Shown: piece after piece, positions 1 to 9,404 of the stretch
Layout of the letters: the number at the start of each line of letters is the position of its first letter
How positions within the stretch are numbered: position 1 is the first letter of the stretch
DNA from: Candidatus Magasanikiibacteriota bacterium
GTDB taxonomy: Bacteria > Patescibacteriota > Patescibacteriia > Magasanikbacterales > UBA922
DNA: 64,000 nt
Direction: 5' to 3'
Assembly: GCA_003510435.1 (NCBI GenBank)
Contig: DOMK01000010.1
Span: 41,487-105,486, forward strand
Notes under the pieces: generated by a model
The model's input: only the letters and a program-made list of their open reading frames with translations
What the model was told of the DNA's origin: nothing
Database searches by the model: none
Position numbers and translations under genes: made by a program

Positions 1-791
1 CTATTCACAAACTAGCTGAACGCACTCCTGGTTTTTCTGGTGCGGATTTGGAAAATTTGTTAAATGAAGCCGCGATCCTAACTGTGAGACGGGAGAAAAA
101 AATAATTGGTGAATCAGAAATTTTGGAAAGTATTGAAAAAGTTTTGCTTGGGCCAGAAAAAAGATCAAAAGTAATGACTGAGAAAGATAGAGAAATGACC
201 GCTTATCACGAAGCCGGCCATGCGATTGTGGGGCATTTTCTCAAGAACTGTGATCCAGTACGCAAGGTGTCAATTATTGGTCGAGGTATGGCTGGTGGTT
301 ATACTTTGTCTATGCCAGAAAAGGATGAGTACTACAAAACTCTGGCCAAGTTTAGAGATGATGTGGCCATGATTCTTGGTGGATATGCCACAGAAAAATT
401 AATCTATGGTGATGATCAATTATCAACCGGACCATCCAGTGATTTGAAAAAGGCGACCCAAATGGCGAGAGCCATGGTAGTGAAATATGGTATGAGTGAA
501 AAACTTGGGCCACGTCAATTTGGAGAAAACGAAGAAATGATTTTCTTAGCGCAAGAAATTCATGAAAAGAAAAATTATTCAGAAAAAGTGGCCGAAGTAA
601 TTGATGCGGAAATTGATAGAATATTGGATGAAGCTTTGCAAACTTCCGTGCGGATTATTAAAGAACATAGAAAACAAATGGATGAATTAGTTAAACATTT
701 GATGGAAAAAGAAACCATTGAACAAGAGGAATTTAGAAGGGTAATGAATGATGGTGTAGAGGAAAAAAAGGACGTGGTAGTAGAAGTGTAA
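1..791 (+). CDS. ftsH: ATP-dependent zinc metalloprotease FtsH, C-terminal part (5' end outside window)
   Basis: HEAGHAIVGH zinc-binding HEXXH motif; M41 peptidase domain architecture; ORF open to window start. Confidence 0.85.
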   Translation, partial: IHKLAERTPGFSGADLENLLNEAAILTVRREKKIIGESEILESIEKVLLGPEKRSKVMTEKDREMTAYHEAGHAIVGHFLKNCDPVRKVSIIGRGMAGGYTLSMPEKDEYYKTLAKFRDDVAMILGGYATEKLIYGDDQLSTGPSSDLKKATQMARAMVVKYGMSEKLGPRQFGENEEMIFLAQEIHEKKNYSEKVAEVIDAEIDRILDEALQTSVRIIKEHRKQMDELVKHLMEKETIEQEEFRRVMNDGVEEKKDVVVEV

Positions 792-856
792 AATGGAGAT
801 AGAAAACAAAAAAAGCTGACAAGACTTACAATGCTTGCAAGGCTTACAAAAATGAA

Positions 857-888
857 AACCACCCCGAGTACTCGGGGTGGGTTTTTGT
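857..888 (+). terminator. rho-independent terminator after ftsH
   Basis: AACCACCCCGAG-ta-CTCGGGGTGG hairpin followed by TTTTTGTTT. Confidence 0.7.
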
Positions 889-941
889 TTAGTTATTTTT
901 TGTTCAGTGAAATCTTTTAATAATCAGTGTAATCAGTGTAT

Positions 942-963
942 AAAAAAACACCTCTAAAAGGTG
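942..963 (-). terminator. rho-independent terminator for the minus-strand GC-rich cassette
   Basis: On the minus strand, CACCTTTTAGAGGTG hairpin followed by TTTTTTT; lies exactly at the GC-rich/AT-rich boundary. Confidence 0.5.
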
Positions 964-1313
964 AAATCCAAGGGAGGAGGGCAGTGAAACGATTATCACT
1001 GCCCAAGCCTCTGGCGGGGGACCTTCCCGCCCGTTGTCGTCAACTACCGCTCGCGCAATAGTCAACAAACGTTTGTCGCTTGTCTGCCCCGACAGGATGT
1101 CGAGGAGCGATGGGTCCGGTGTCTGACTCCGAGGAGGTCCACGGCAGCGCATCACCAGCCTGGCCTGGGCTTGGTGACACGCGTTGGTGTCTCGGAGTCT
1201 CTGAGTTGGAGAACTCTGTGAAGCGTGTCGTTGCCGATGTGCTTCAATACCTTGTGGTCCCCGCTCGGGTAGTGGCTTCGGTCCGTCTCTGGACCTGGCC
1301 TTACCCTTCTTCG

Positions 1314-1671
1314 CTACCGAGCGGGCTCGTCCGGGGGGTTGTCGCCCTCCACTTCGTCGACGTCGCTCCCGCCTGCGCCGTCTCCGGGGTTGTCCTCGGG
1401 GGTGACGAGGAACTCGGTTCCTTCCGGGAAGCAGTTCCCGGGGAAGAAGCGAGGCTCCATTCCCTTGCGCCCGATCGCGAAGTAGATACGTCCCCCGTCG
1501 ACTTCGACCCACGTGGTGCCACAGATGGCACCGAAGGCGGCCTTGGCCTTGCACGTGGCCGAGTACTTGAGGGACCAGTCCCCGTCGAGCAGGTTCAGGC
1601 GGAACCTACCCATCACACTTCCGACCTGGTCGAATTCCGTTTCCTCTTGGAGGACTTTCGCTCCGATCTCC
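1314..1671 (-). CDS. hypothetical protein (~119 aa) in GC-rich island; foreign-type codon usage
   Basis: ORF with very high GC3 (GAC/GTC/TTC/AAG codons); GAGGGAG SD 6 nt before the ATG at 1671 (track start GTG 1697 is also possible); own promoter upstream; no family recognised. Confidence 0.5.
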
Positions 1672-1723
1672 ATTCGGATCTCCCTCAATGCTACCACTTG
1701 TGAGTAGCGTTTCTATTGCACCA

Positions 1724-1752
1724 TTTTTATCATAAATACACAGGTTTGTCAA
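1724..1752 (-). promoter_or_regulatory. sigma70-like promoter for GC-island gene a
   Basis: Minus-sense TTGACA-N17-TAAAAA in the AT-rich flank immediately 5' of the island. Confidence 0.45.
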
Positions 1753-1908
1753 GTCTGGTTTAGTCAAGAATTTAAAAATGTGGTATAATGTAAAATGCTT
1801 GCAAGGCTTACAACGCCTACAAAGCTTACAAAGAAAATATTTAATTTATTGTCTTGTCAGCCTTGTTGGCTTTTTAAGCTTTTATTTTATACTTTTAACT
1901 TCTGTAAT

Positions 1909-2889
1909 ATGAAAACTCCACTCTATCGCGAGGCCATAACTCATAGTTGGCAACTCGTTTGGAAACATAAAATGTTATGGTTATTTGGTTTGTTTGCGGC
2001 TTTTTTGGGTCAGATGGGACTCATGGATTTATTAACCAAAGTAAGTTTTGCTTCGAGCAAATATACTTATCCTAGTTGGGTTTCCTGGCCACAAGTAATG
2101 CAGGATTTGGTTAGTGGTATGGGATTTTTTTCCTTATCTATTGATGGCTGGACTTGGCTAGTTTGGCTTATTCTTATTTTGCTCGGACTGTGTATTACCA
2201 CAGTAGTGGTGGCAGTAGTATCTCAAGGTGCTTTGATTGATGCTTGTGCTCAATCTGCCAAAGATAAAGGTTTGCCCAGTGTTAGTCAGGCTTGGCATGT
2301 GGGTGTAAAACATTTTTGGCCTTTATTTGTTTTGAACTTGTTGAAAAAAATAGTTATGGCGGGTTTGGCTGGAGCGGTTGGGTATTCAGTTTTAAATTTT
2401 GTCTTACAATCTTCTGGCTGGGGTTTTTTGTTATTCCTGGTTTTATTTTTACTCTCGGTTTTGGTTGGTCTAGTTTTATCATTTTTGGTAGTTTACGCAG
2501 CTGGTTATGTGGTAATTGAAAAATATAATTTTAAAGAGGCAGTTGAGGCGGCTTGGATGTTGTTTATTGAACACTGGCTAGTATCAATTGAAGTTGGTTT
2601 GCTAGTTTTATTTTTAAATATTTTATTGGGAATTGTAGTGTTTCTTGGTTTTTGGATATTATTTTTACCAGTAGCTGTGGTTTGGTTTATTTCTGTCTTT
2701 ACTGCCAACTCAGCCTTGTGGATATCTGGCCTACTCGCTGGTATATTAATTTTCTTAGTATTTGTGGTTTGGGTAGGATCAATTTTTTCTGCATTTGTTA
2801 CTTCAATTTGGACTTACTTATTTATGAAAATGCATAAACATGGTATCAAGAGTAGATTATTGCATTGGTCTGGTCATCATAGAATTTAA
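1909..2889 (+). CDS. polytopic membrane protein (DUF975/YciC-like?)
   Basis: Multiple hydrophobic helices; the track start 1795 runs through a repeat element, so an internal ATG at 1909 (MKTPLYREA) was chosen; promoter TAGTCAAG..TGTGGTATAAT at ~1760-1790. Confidence 0.5.
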   Translation: MKTPLYREAITHSWQLVWKHKMLWLFGLFAAFLGQMGLMDLLTKVSFASSKYTYPSWVSWPQVMQDLVSGMGFFSLSIDGWTWLVWLILILLGLCITTVVVAVVSQGALIDACAQSAKDKGLPSVSQAWHVGVKHFWPLFVLNLLKKIVMAGLAGAVGYSVLNFVLQSSGWGFLLFLVLFLLSVLVGLVLSFLVVYAAGYVVIEKYNFKEAVEAAWMLFIEHWLVSIEVGLLVLFLNILLGIVVFLGFWILFLPVAVVWFISVFTANSALWISGLLAGILIFLVFVVWVGSIFSAFVTSIWTYLFMKMHKHGIKSRLLHWSGHHRI

Positions 2890-2905
2890 TTTAGTTTTTT
2901 AAGTT

Positions 2906-4648
2906 ATGTCGGATTTGCCTTCAATCAGTAGTTTGCTTAAACCAAAAAAAGATGAAGAAATGGATGGACAAAATGTTCATCCTAGTTTACATATATCTTC
3001 ATCAGAAGTGGAAGAAAAATTTTCTAAGAAAATGACTCAAGTTGGTCTTAAACAAAAAGAAGAAGAAGCCCAAAGATTGGCTCAGTCTTTAGGTTATCCG
3101 CATATTGATTTGGCCAAGTTTCCTGTGAGTCACGAAGCCTTGCGTCAAGTGCCAAAAGAGGTGGCCGATGAATTGGGTGTAGTGTGTTTTTTTGCTACGT
3201 CAGATGAAGTCCGTCTTGGGGCTCTGGACCCCTCTATGTCAGAGGTACAGGAATTATTACATGAAGTTGAAGAAGATAATCATAGTAATGGGGCAATTTA
3301 TGTGATTTCAGAAAATAGTTTGGATAGTGTTTTAAAATTATATGCCAATTTGCCCGATGTAAAACCCATAAATAAAGATATAGAAGTCAAAGCCGAAGAT
3401 TTGGAAGCCGTACAATCTAATGTAAATGATTTTGCTTCTTTACAAGAGGCTTTAAATAAAAAATCAGCTAGTGATTTATTTATTTTGCTTTTAGGCGCGG
3501 CTCTAAAACTAGAAGCATCAGATCTTCATATTGAAGCTGAGGCAGACAACATTGCTGCTCGGTTACGTTTGGATGGAATGTTGCATGATGCCGCTAATTT
3601 GCCGAGAGAAGATTACAAAAAATTAATCAATCGGATAAAATTAGTTTCTGGTTTAAAGATTAATATAGTTGATAAACCACAAGATGGTCGGTTTACAATT
3701 AATTTGCCCGAAGGTGATGTAGACGTGCGTGTTTCTACCATGCCCACAGTTTATGGTGAAAGTGTTGTCATGCGTTTATTAAGGCAATCTTTATCAGGTT
3801 TGGATTTGGATAAACTAGGTTTGTCTGATGAAGACCGTGAAAAGTTGAAAATTCAAATTGTTCGTCCGACTGGGATGATTATAACCACTGGTCCGACTGG
3901 TTCTGGTAAGACAACAACCATGTATGCAATTTTGAAAATTTTAAATAAACCAGATGTAAAAATAATTACTTTGGAAGATCCAGTAGAATATAAAATGGAA
4001 GGGGTAAATCAAAGCCAAGTGGATGAAAAGAAAGGCTATACTTTTGCCAAGGGCTTAAAATCAATTTTGCGCCAGGATCCAGATATTGCCATGGTGGGAG
4101 AAATTCGTGATTTGGATACAGCTAGTACAGCTGTCCAAGGCGCTCTTACTGGCCATTTGATTTTATCCACTGTTCATACCAACAGTGCAGCTGGTTCGGT
4201 TTCTCGGTTTTTATCTTTTGGTGTAGAAACATTTTATTTAGCCCATGCACTCAATTGTGTAATTGGTCAGAGATTGGTGCGTAAAATTTGTCAGTCTTGT
4301 AAAAAAGTACATGAATTGACTGATAAAGAAAATCAAAGAGTAAAAGATATTATTGCCAATATGCCAGAAGACAAAAAGAAGATTGCGGAGAGTAAATCTT
4401 TTAATTTTTTTGAAAAAGTTGGTTGTGAAAAATGTAATGGTATTGGGTATAAGGGGCAGATAGGTATCTATGAAATTTTGCTTGTGACTCAAGATATAAA
4501 AGACAAAATTTTAGCGCGTAATGTTGCCGAGTATGAAATAGAAAAGACAGCTATCAGCCAGGGTATGAGTACTATGGTTCAGGATGGAGTTTTAAAAGCC
4601 TTGGATGGAATGACTTCTTTGGAAGAAATTTTTAGAGTGATTGAATAA
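2906..4648 (+). CDS. pilB: type IV pilus/type II secretion assembly ATPase (PilB/GspE family)
   Basis: Walker A GPTGSGKTT; T2SSE N-terminal domain; C-terminal CxxC..CxxC zinc motif; 580 aa. Confidence 0.85.
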   Translation: MSDLPSISSLLKPKKDEEMDGQNVHPSLHISSSEVEEKFSKKMTQVGLKQKEEEAQRLAQSLGYPHIDLAKFPVSHEALRQVPKEVADELGVVCFFATSDEVRLGALDPSMSEVQELLHEVEEDNHSNGAIYVISENSLDSVLKLYANLPDVKPINKDIEVKAEDLEAVQSNVNDFASLQEALNKKSASDLFILLLGAALKLEASDLHIEAEADNIAARLRLDGMLHDAANLPREDYKKLINRIKLVSGLKINIVDKPQDGRFTINLPEGDVDVRVSTMPTVYGESVVMRLLRQSLSGLDLDKLGLSDEDREKLKIQIVRPTGMIITTGPTGSGKTTTMYAILKILNKPDVKIITLEDPVEYKMEGVNQSQVDEKKGYTFAKGLKSILRQDPDIAMVGEIRDLDTASTAVQGALTGHLILSTVHTNSAAGSVSRFLSFGVETFYLAHALNCVIGQRLVRKICQSCKKVHELTDKENQRVKDIIANMPEDKKKIAESKSFNFFEKVGCEKCNGIGYKGQIGIYEILLVTQDIKDKILARNVAEYEIEKTAISQGMSTMVQDGVLKALDGMTSLEEIFRVIE

Positions 4649-4684
4649 AATAATTAATTTTTTAAATATTTATTTTTTTATAAT

Positions 4685-5821
4685 ATGACACCAATGAGAA
4701 AAGAAACAAATCTTGGTAATAATCAACCGGTTCGGCTTTATAAATTTATTGCTCTGACTTTTTTGTTGATTACAATTGCTCTGTTTTGTTTAATTGTCTT
4801 TATGTCTTCCAAAGAAGCTGTAATTACAATCACAACCAAGTCGGATCCAATTGATGCTAACAAGTATGTGGTGGTTGGTCCGAGGGGAGAATGGTCTGGG
4901 GTTGTAACTTCTACAATCGTAATGATGGAAAAAGATTTTAATCCAACTGGTAATCGAGAAGAACCAGCCGTGGCGACTGGAGTGGTGACTTTGTTAAATG
5001 AATCAAATGAAAATCAACCGTTGGTTGCTACCACCAGACTTTTGACTCCAGAAGGGATTTTATTTCGCTTAAAAGACAGAGTATTGGTACCAGCTGGTGG
5101 TACAGTGGAGGCCAATGTTTATGCTGACCAACCTGGAGCTGGTGGAAATATTGGTCCAGTGGAAAAATTTACTATCCCTGGGCTACGCGAAGATACTCAA
5201 AAAGTAATTTATGCTAAGAGTGTGTCGCCAATGTCTGGCGGGGTAAAGGTAATTGGAGTTTTGAGTGAGGTTGATGTAAAAAAATCTGAGGAAGTAATGC
5301 TTGCAACTTTGGAAGAACAAGGAAAAGCATTTTTATCAAAATTAAATATTAGTACTAATACAGTTTATAAAGTTATTGAGAGTAAATTTGAAAACAGTGC
5401 CACAGTCGGTACCGAAGTAGCAGGTTTTAAATTGAAGGGGCAAGCAACTGTTTTGGCAGTATTTTTTGATAATGCTAACGTGGAGACAGAAGCCACCACT
5501 TTACTCAGTAAACGTCTGGTGGATGAAGCAGAAAATTTATCTGAAGAAGGGGCTTCCCATTCAATTGTGTTGGATAGTTATGATCTGGCCAAAGGTACAG
5601 CGGTTTTACAGATTTTTTCCAATGGCAAGGTGAAATTAGATCCAGGTAGTAAACAATTAGATAAAATGGTTTTTTATGGTAAAACAAAAGATGAAGTCAG
5701 ACGCTATTTATTATCTTTAGATCATGTTCAGAGTGTGGATATCAGTTTCAAACCAGCGTGGATGAGGACTGTGCCCCATGTGGCTGACCATGTACAGGTA
5801 ATTGTGAAAGAGGTGGAGTAA
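4685..5821 (+). CDS. hypothetical membrane-anchored protein
   Basis: Single N-terminal TM helix, then a soluble domain; downstream of pilB, so possibly pilus-associated; no motif recognised. Confidence 0.45.
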   Translation: MTPMRKETNLGNNQPVRLYKFIALTFLLITIALFCLIVFMSSKEAVITITTKSDPIDANKYVVVGPRGEWSGVVTSTIVMMEKDFNPTGNREEPAVATGVVTLLNESNENQPLVATTRLLTPEGILFRLKDRVLVPAGGTVEANVYADQPGAGGNIGPVEKFTIPGLREDTQKVIYAKSVSPMSGGVKVIGVLSEVDVKKSEEVMLATLEEQGKAFLSKLNISTNTVYKVIESKFENSATVGTEVAGFKLKGQATVLAVFFDNANVETEATTLLSKRLVDEAENLSEEGASHSIVLDSYDLAKGTAVLQIFSNGKVKLDPGSKQLDKMVFYGKTKDEVRRYLLSLDHVQSVDISFKPAWMRTVPHVADHVQVIVKEVE

Positions 5822-5964
5822 TATCATTTAATTTCGAAGGAACATAGTGGCTGAGAAATCCCTTGTGTTAAATAAATGATTTATAAATTGAGATAAAATA
5901 GAGATATTGAAATATATAAAATATTGGTTATTGACAATTTTTTGATAATATAATACTATATAAA

Positions 5965-6168
5965 TAAGCGATTGATGTGGCTACCAACCATATTCTGCCT
6001 CTCCGGCAGATCCTGTTCAAAGGACTAAGCTTATAAATCGAGTTAAACTTTCGGGTGGAACCGTCCTAATAAAACACAGATGACGCGGATTTCTATGCGA
6101 ATGACGCAGATAACGCGAATTGTGATATTATTGAGACCCCGATACTACTAGTTAGTGTTGGGGTTTTT
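5965..6168 (+). ncRNA. candidate small transcript (promoter-to-terminator unit without long ORF)
   Basis: TTGACA-N17-TACTAT at 5931-5959, internal hairpin TCTGCCTCTCCGGCAGA, three ATGACGC(G/A)GAT-like direct repeats, strong terminator hairpin plus T-run at 6133-6168. Confidence 0.25.
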
Positions 6169-6172
6169 TAAT

Positions 6173-6291
6173 ACACTGATTTCACTGATTTTGTGAGCCT
6201 GCCTGTGGGCAGGGATTTCACAGATTATAATAATCAGTGAAATCAATTTATAAATCAGTGCCTGCCTGCGCAGGCAGGTAATCAATGTTAT
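6173..6291. repeat. MITE-like repeat family A (TIR AACATTGATTACACTGATT), two units with GCCTGCC hairpins; ends at the GNAT start codon
   Basis: CACTGATTTCACTGATT .. AATCAGTGAAATCAAT .. AATCAATGTTAT-ATG; copies at 905-941, 13416-13504, 24317-24384, 33034-33085, 39037-39152. Confidence 0.7.
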
Positions 6292-6837
6292 ATGAAAGGA
6301 CCAATTTTAAAAGGACCAAGAGTAACTTTGCGTCCAATGAAAGTTAGTGATGCGCCAAATTATGTGCGTTGGTTTAAGGATAAAGAAGTAATGAAATATT
6401 TTAATAATAACGTGTGGGGAATTAGTTTGGAAAAAGAAAAAAGCGCTATTAGATCTTTGCAAAGAAAAGTAAATAGTTTAAATTGGGCTGTAGAAGTGGA
6501 TGGATATCACATTGGTGGTACAGGAATAGTTTTGGATAAAAAGGCTGGTACAGGACGTTGGGGCATAGTGATTGGCGAAAAAAAAGAGTGGGGGAAAGGT
6601 TATGCTGTTGAAATTATTTATCTGTGTGCAGATTATTTTTTCAAAAAATTAAAAGGTGAAAGATTTGATTTAATGGTTGAAATGAAAAACGAAAAAGCTT
6701 TAAAAGCTTATAAAAAAGCTGGTTTTAAATTGGAAGGTGTAATGAGAAGTGCTGGTTATAATCCAAGGTTGAAAAAGAGAATAGATTCTGGTGTTATGAG
6801 TATTCTCCGTTCAGAATGGTTAAAATATAAAAAATAA
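6292..6837 (+). CDS. GNAT family N-acetyltransferase
   Basis: 181 aa; acetyl-CoA binding-like segment (GIVIGEKKEWGKGYA); RimL-like. Confidence 0.7.
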   Translation: MKGPILKGPRVTLRPMKVSDAPNYVRWFKDKEVMKYFNNNVWGISLEKEKSAIRSLQRKVNSLNWAVEVDGYHIGGTGIVLDKKAGTGRWGIVIGEKKEWGKGYAVEIIYLCADYFFKKLKGERFDLMVEMKNEKALKAYKKAGFKLEGVMRSAGYNPRLKKRIDSGVMSILRSEWLKYKK

Positions 6838-6841
6838 TTAT

Positions 6842-7387
6842 ATGAAAATAATTAAAGGTAAAAAAATATTATTGCGTCCACGTGAAATGAAGGACGTGTC
6901 GTATATTGTAAAGTGGTACGGAAATAAGGATCTTATGATGTATTATGGTCATGAAAAATATCGTGTAACAGAAGAACAAGAAAAGAAACATGTACTTGGT
7001 TTGAAGAAAAAAGATTGTGAGGAAGAAAGTTTTATGATTGTAACAGATGATGACCGTGTTATCGGGACGATTGGATTTGATAAAAATGAATGTAATCGGT
7101 ATGTTGGATTGTATATTATGATTGGTGATAAAAAATTTCAAGACAAAGGTTATGCACGCATGGCCATTAATCTAATGTTGGAATATATTTTTAAAGAGAA
7201 AACTTTTTTTAGGGTTGAATTGAATGTAAGCGAGCCTTATAAAAAAGCCCTTCATTTGTATGAGAGTATTGGATTTAAAAAAGAGGGTGTGCGCAGGAAA
7301 GCTGGGTGGAATAAAATTGCTAAAAATTATGAGAATGTTGTAGTTATGGGTATGTTGAAAGATGAATGGTTGAAGAACAAAAATTAA
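6842..7387 (+). CDS. GNAT family N-acetyltransferase (tandem paralog)
   Basis: 181 aa, same length and architecture as the upstream gene. Confidence 0.7.
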   Translation: MKIIKGKKILLRPREMKDVSYIVKWYGNKDLMMYYGHEKYRVTEEQEKKHVLGLKKKDCEEESFMIVTDDDRVIGTIGFDKNECNRYVGLYIMIGDKKFQDKGYARMAINLMLEYIFKEKTFFRVELNVSEPYKKALHLYESIGFKKEGVRRKAGWNKIAKNYENVVVMGMLKDEWLKNKN

Positions 7388-7489
7388 TTTTACATTTATA
7401 ATAAATAACACCCTCGAAAAGGGATCCACCCTTACGGGTATCTTCGACCTCACCGTCTCATCGGCGGGTTCGGGATTAAGTTAAAAAAT

Positions 7490-9268
7490 ATGGAAAAAGA
7501 ACAATTGGAGGCCATGCGTCATTCATGCGAACATGCCTTAACAATGGCCATGATGCGTTTGTGGCCGGGGAAAATTAAAGCCGCTATGGGTCCAGCCACG
7601 GATGATGGATTTTATTTTGATTTTGATTCAGAAGTAAAAATTTCTGAAGCGGATTTTGATAAAATAGAAAAAGAAATGGCCAAGATTATCAAAGATAATT
7701 TGCCAATGATAAAAGACGAAATGACAGTGGCAGAAGCGAGAGAATTTTTTAGTCGTAATACTTATGAGGGCAATGAATATAAACATGAATGGTTAGATGA
7801 GATAGAAGGTAGAGGAGAAAAAGTCAGTGTATACTGGATGGGAGAAAAGGGTGGAGATATGCCAAATACTTTTGTGGATATTTGTTCTGGTCCTCATGTA
7901 GAATCTACTGGTAAAATTGGCGCTTTCAAATTATTAAAAGTCGCGGGAGCTTATTGGCATGGTGATGAAAAAAATAAAATGTTACAAAGAGTTTATGGCA
8001 CAGCTTTTGCTACCCAAGAAGATTTGGACAAGTATTTAACAATGATGGAAGAAGCCAAAAATCGTGATCATCGTAAATTGGGAGTAGAATTAGATTTGTT
8101 TACTTTTTCAGATTTGGTTGGTCCGGGTTTGGCTTTGTGGACGCCAAAAGGAACATTACTGCGCAATACTTTGGATGAATATGTGTGGCAACTTCGTAAA
8201 GAACGTGGTTATACCAAAGTGACTATTCCTCATATTACCAAAAAAGCTCTTTATGAAAAGAGTGGTCATTGGGATAAGTTTGCGACCGAATTATTTCACA
8301 TCACTACTCGCGAAGGCCATGAGTTTGCCATGAAGCCAATGAATTGTCCACACCATACGCAAATTTATGATCATGTCCGTCGGAGTTATCGTGAATTGCC
8401 CCAACGTTATGCTGAGACTACCATGGTTTATCGTGATGAACAAACTGGAGAACTGTCTGGTTTATCTCGTGTGCGTTGTATTACTCAGGACGATGCCCAT
8501 GTATTTTTGCGTGAATCACAAGTAAAAGAAGAAATTTTTAAGATTTGGGATATTATTGAAATTTTTTATAAAGCGACTGGCTTTGGCAAGATGCGCGTGC
8601 GTTTGTCATTTCATGATCCAGATCATTTTGAAAAATATCTTGGTGAAAAAGAAGTTTGGGAACGAACAGAAAATCAATTGCGCGAACTGGCTCAAGAGCG
8701 CGGAGTAGAAGTGTTTGAAGCCAAGGGAGAAGCCGCTATGTATGGACCAAAAGTAGACTTTATTGCGGTTGATTCTATTGGTCGTGAATGGCAAGTAGCC
8801 ACAGTTCAGCTAGATCGCAATTTGCCAGAACGATTTGATCTAAATTGTATAAATGAAAAAGGTGAACAAGAAAGAATTGTGATGCTCCATGCTGCAATTA
8901 TGGGTTCGATTGAACGTTTTCTATCTATTTTAATAGAACATCACGCCGGAGCTTTTCCAGTTTGGATGGCGCCTGTACAAATACAATTGGTACCAGTCTC
9001 AGCTAAGCATGTTGAGGGGGCAAAAAATTTACTAACAGAATTGGTAGAGCTGGGAATTAGAGTAGATATAGATGAGGCGGACGAAACTGTAGGAAATAAA
9101 GTGCGTAAAGCTGTAGGACAAAAAATTCCTTACATTGTCGTAGTGGGGGATAAAGAATTGGCTGGTGAAGATTGGATGATTCGCGTGCGTGGGCAAGAGA
9201 ACCAAGAAAAAATGAAGAAAGAAGAATTTGTAGAAAAAGTTTTAGATGAAACAAGAGAGAGGAAGTAA
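7490..9268 (+). CDS. thrS: threonyl-tRNA synthetase
   Basis: Class II aaRS motifs, NRDHRKLG, C-terminal anticodon-binding domain; 592 aa. Confidence 0.9.
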   Translation: MEKEQLEAMRHSCEHALTMAMMRLWPGKIKAAMGPATDDGFYFDFDSEVKISEADFDKIEKEMAKIIKDNLPMIKDEMTVAEAREFFSRNTYEGNEYKHEWLDEIEGRGEKVSVYWMGEKGGDMPNTFVDICSGPHVESTGKIGAFKLLKVAGAYWHGDEKNKMLQRVYGTAFATQEDLDKYLTMMEEAKNRDHRKLGVELDLFTFSDLVGPGLALWTPKGTLLRNTLDEYVWQLRKERGYTKVTIPHITKKALYEKSGHWDKFATELFHITTREGHEFAMKPMNCPHHTQIYDHVRRSYRELPQRYAETTMVYRDEQTGELSGLSRVRCITQDDAHVFLRESQVKEEIFKIWDIIEIFYKATGFGKMRVRLSFHDPDHFEKYLGEKEVWERTENQLRELAQERGVEVFEAKGEAAMYGPKVDFIAVDSIGREWQVATVQLDRNLPERFDLNCINEKGEQERIVMLHAAIMGSIERFLSILIEHHAGAFPVWMAPVQIQLVPVSAKHVEGAKNLLTELVELGIRVDIDEADETVGNKVRKAVGQKIPYIVVVGDKELAGEDWMIRVRGQENQEKMKKEEFVEKVLDETRERK

Positions 9269-9404
9269 AAAAAGAGAAAATTAAAAATCCCCAACTTCGC
9301 TAAAGCTTCGCTGGGTAAACTAATCATAATATGTCTCAAAAATTATATTAGTTTGCCCTGCGTAGTCTGAAAGACGTAGCATGGGGATTTTTTTATCAAA
9401 TTAT

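Noticed and set aside
904-1707. ORFs 904-1554(-), 1080-1703(+), 1301-1531(-), 1513-1707(+) in GC-rich island a
   Set aside because: Arg/Gly/Pro-rich translations typical of wrong-frame/antisense reading of GC-rich DNA, and no RBS. Only the 1314-1671 minus ORF has coding-like composition and GC3 bias.
1795-1908. N-terminal extension of the 1795-2889 ORF and of 62347-63855
   Set aside because: The extensions translate dispersed repeat elements (GCTTACAAGGCTTAC; GGAGTAAGG/CCTGTGCAGACAGG). Internal ATGs at 1909 and 62470 give conventional N-termini.
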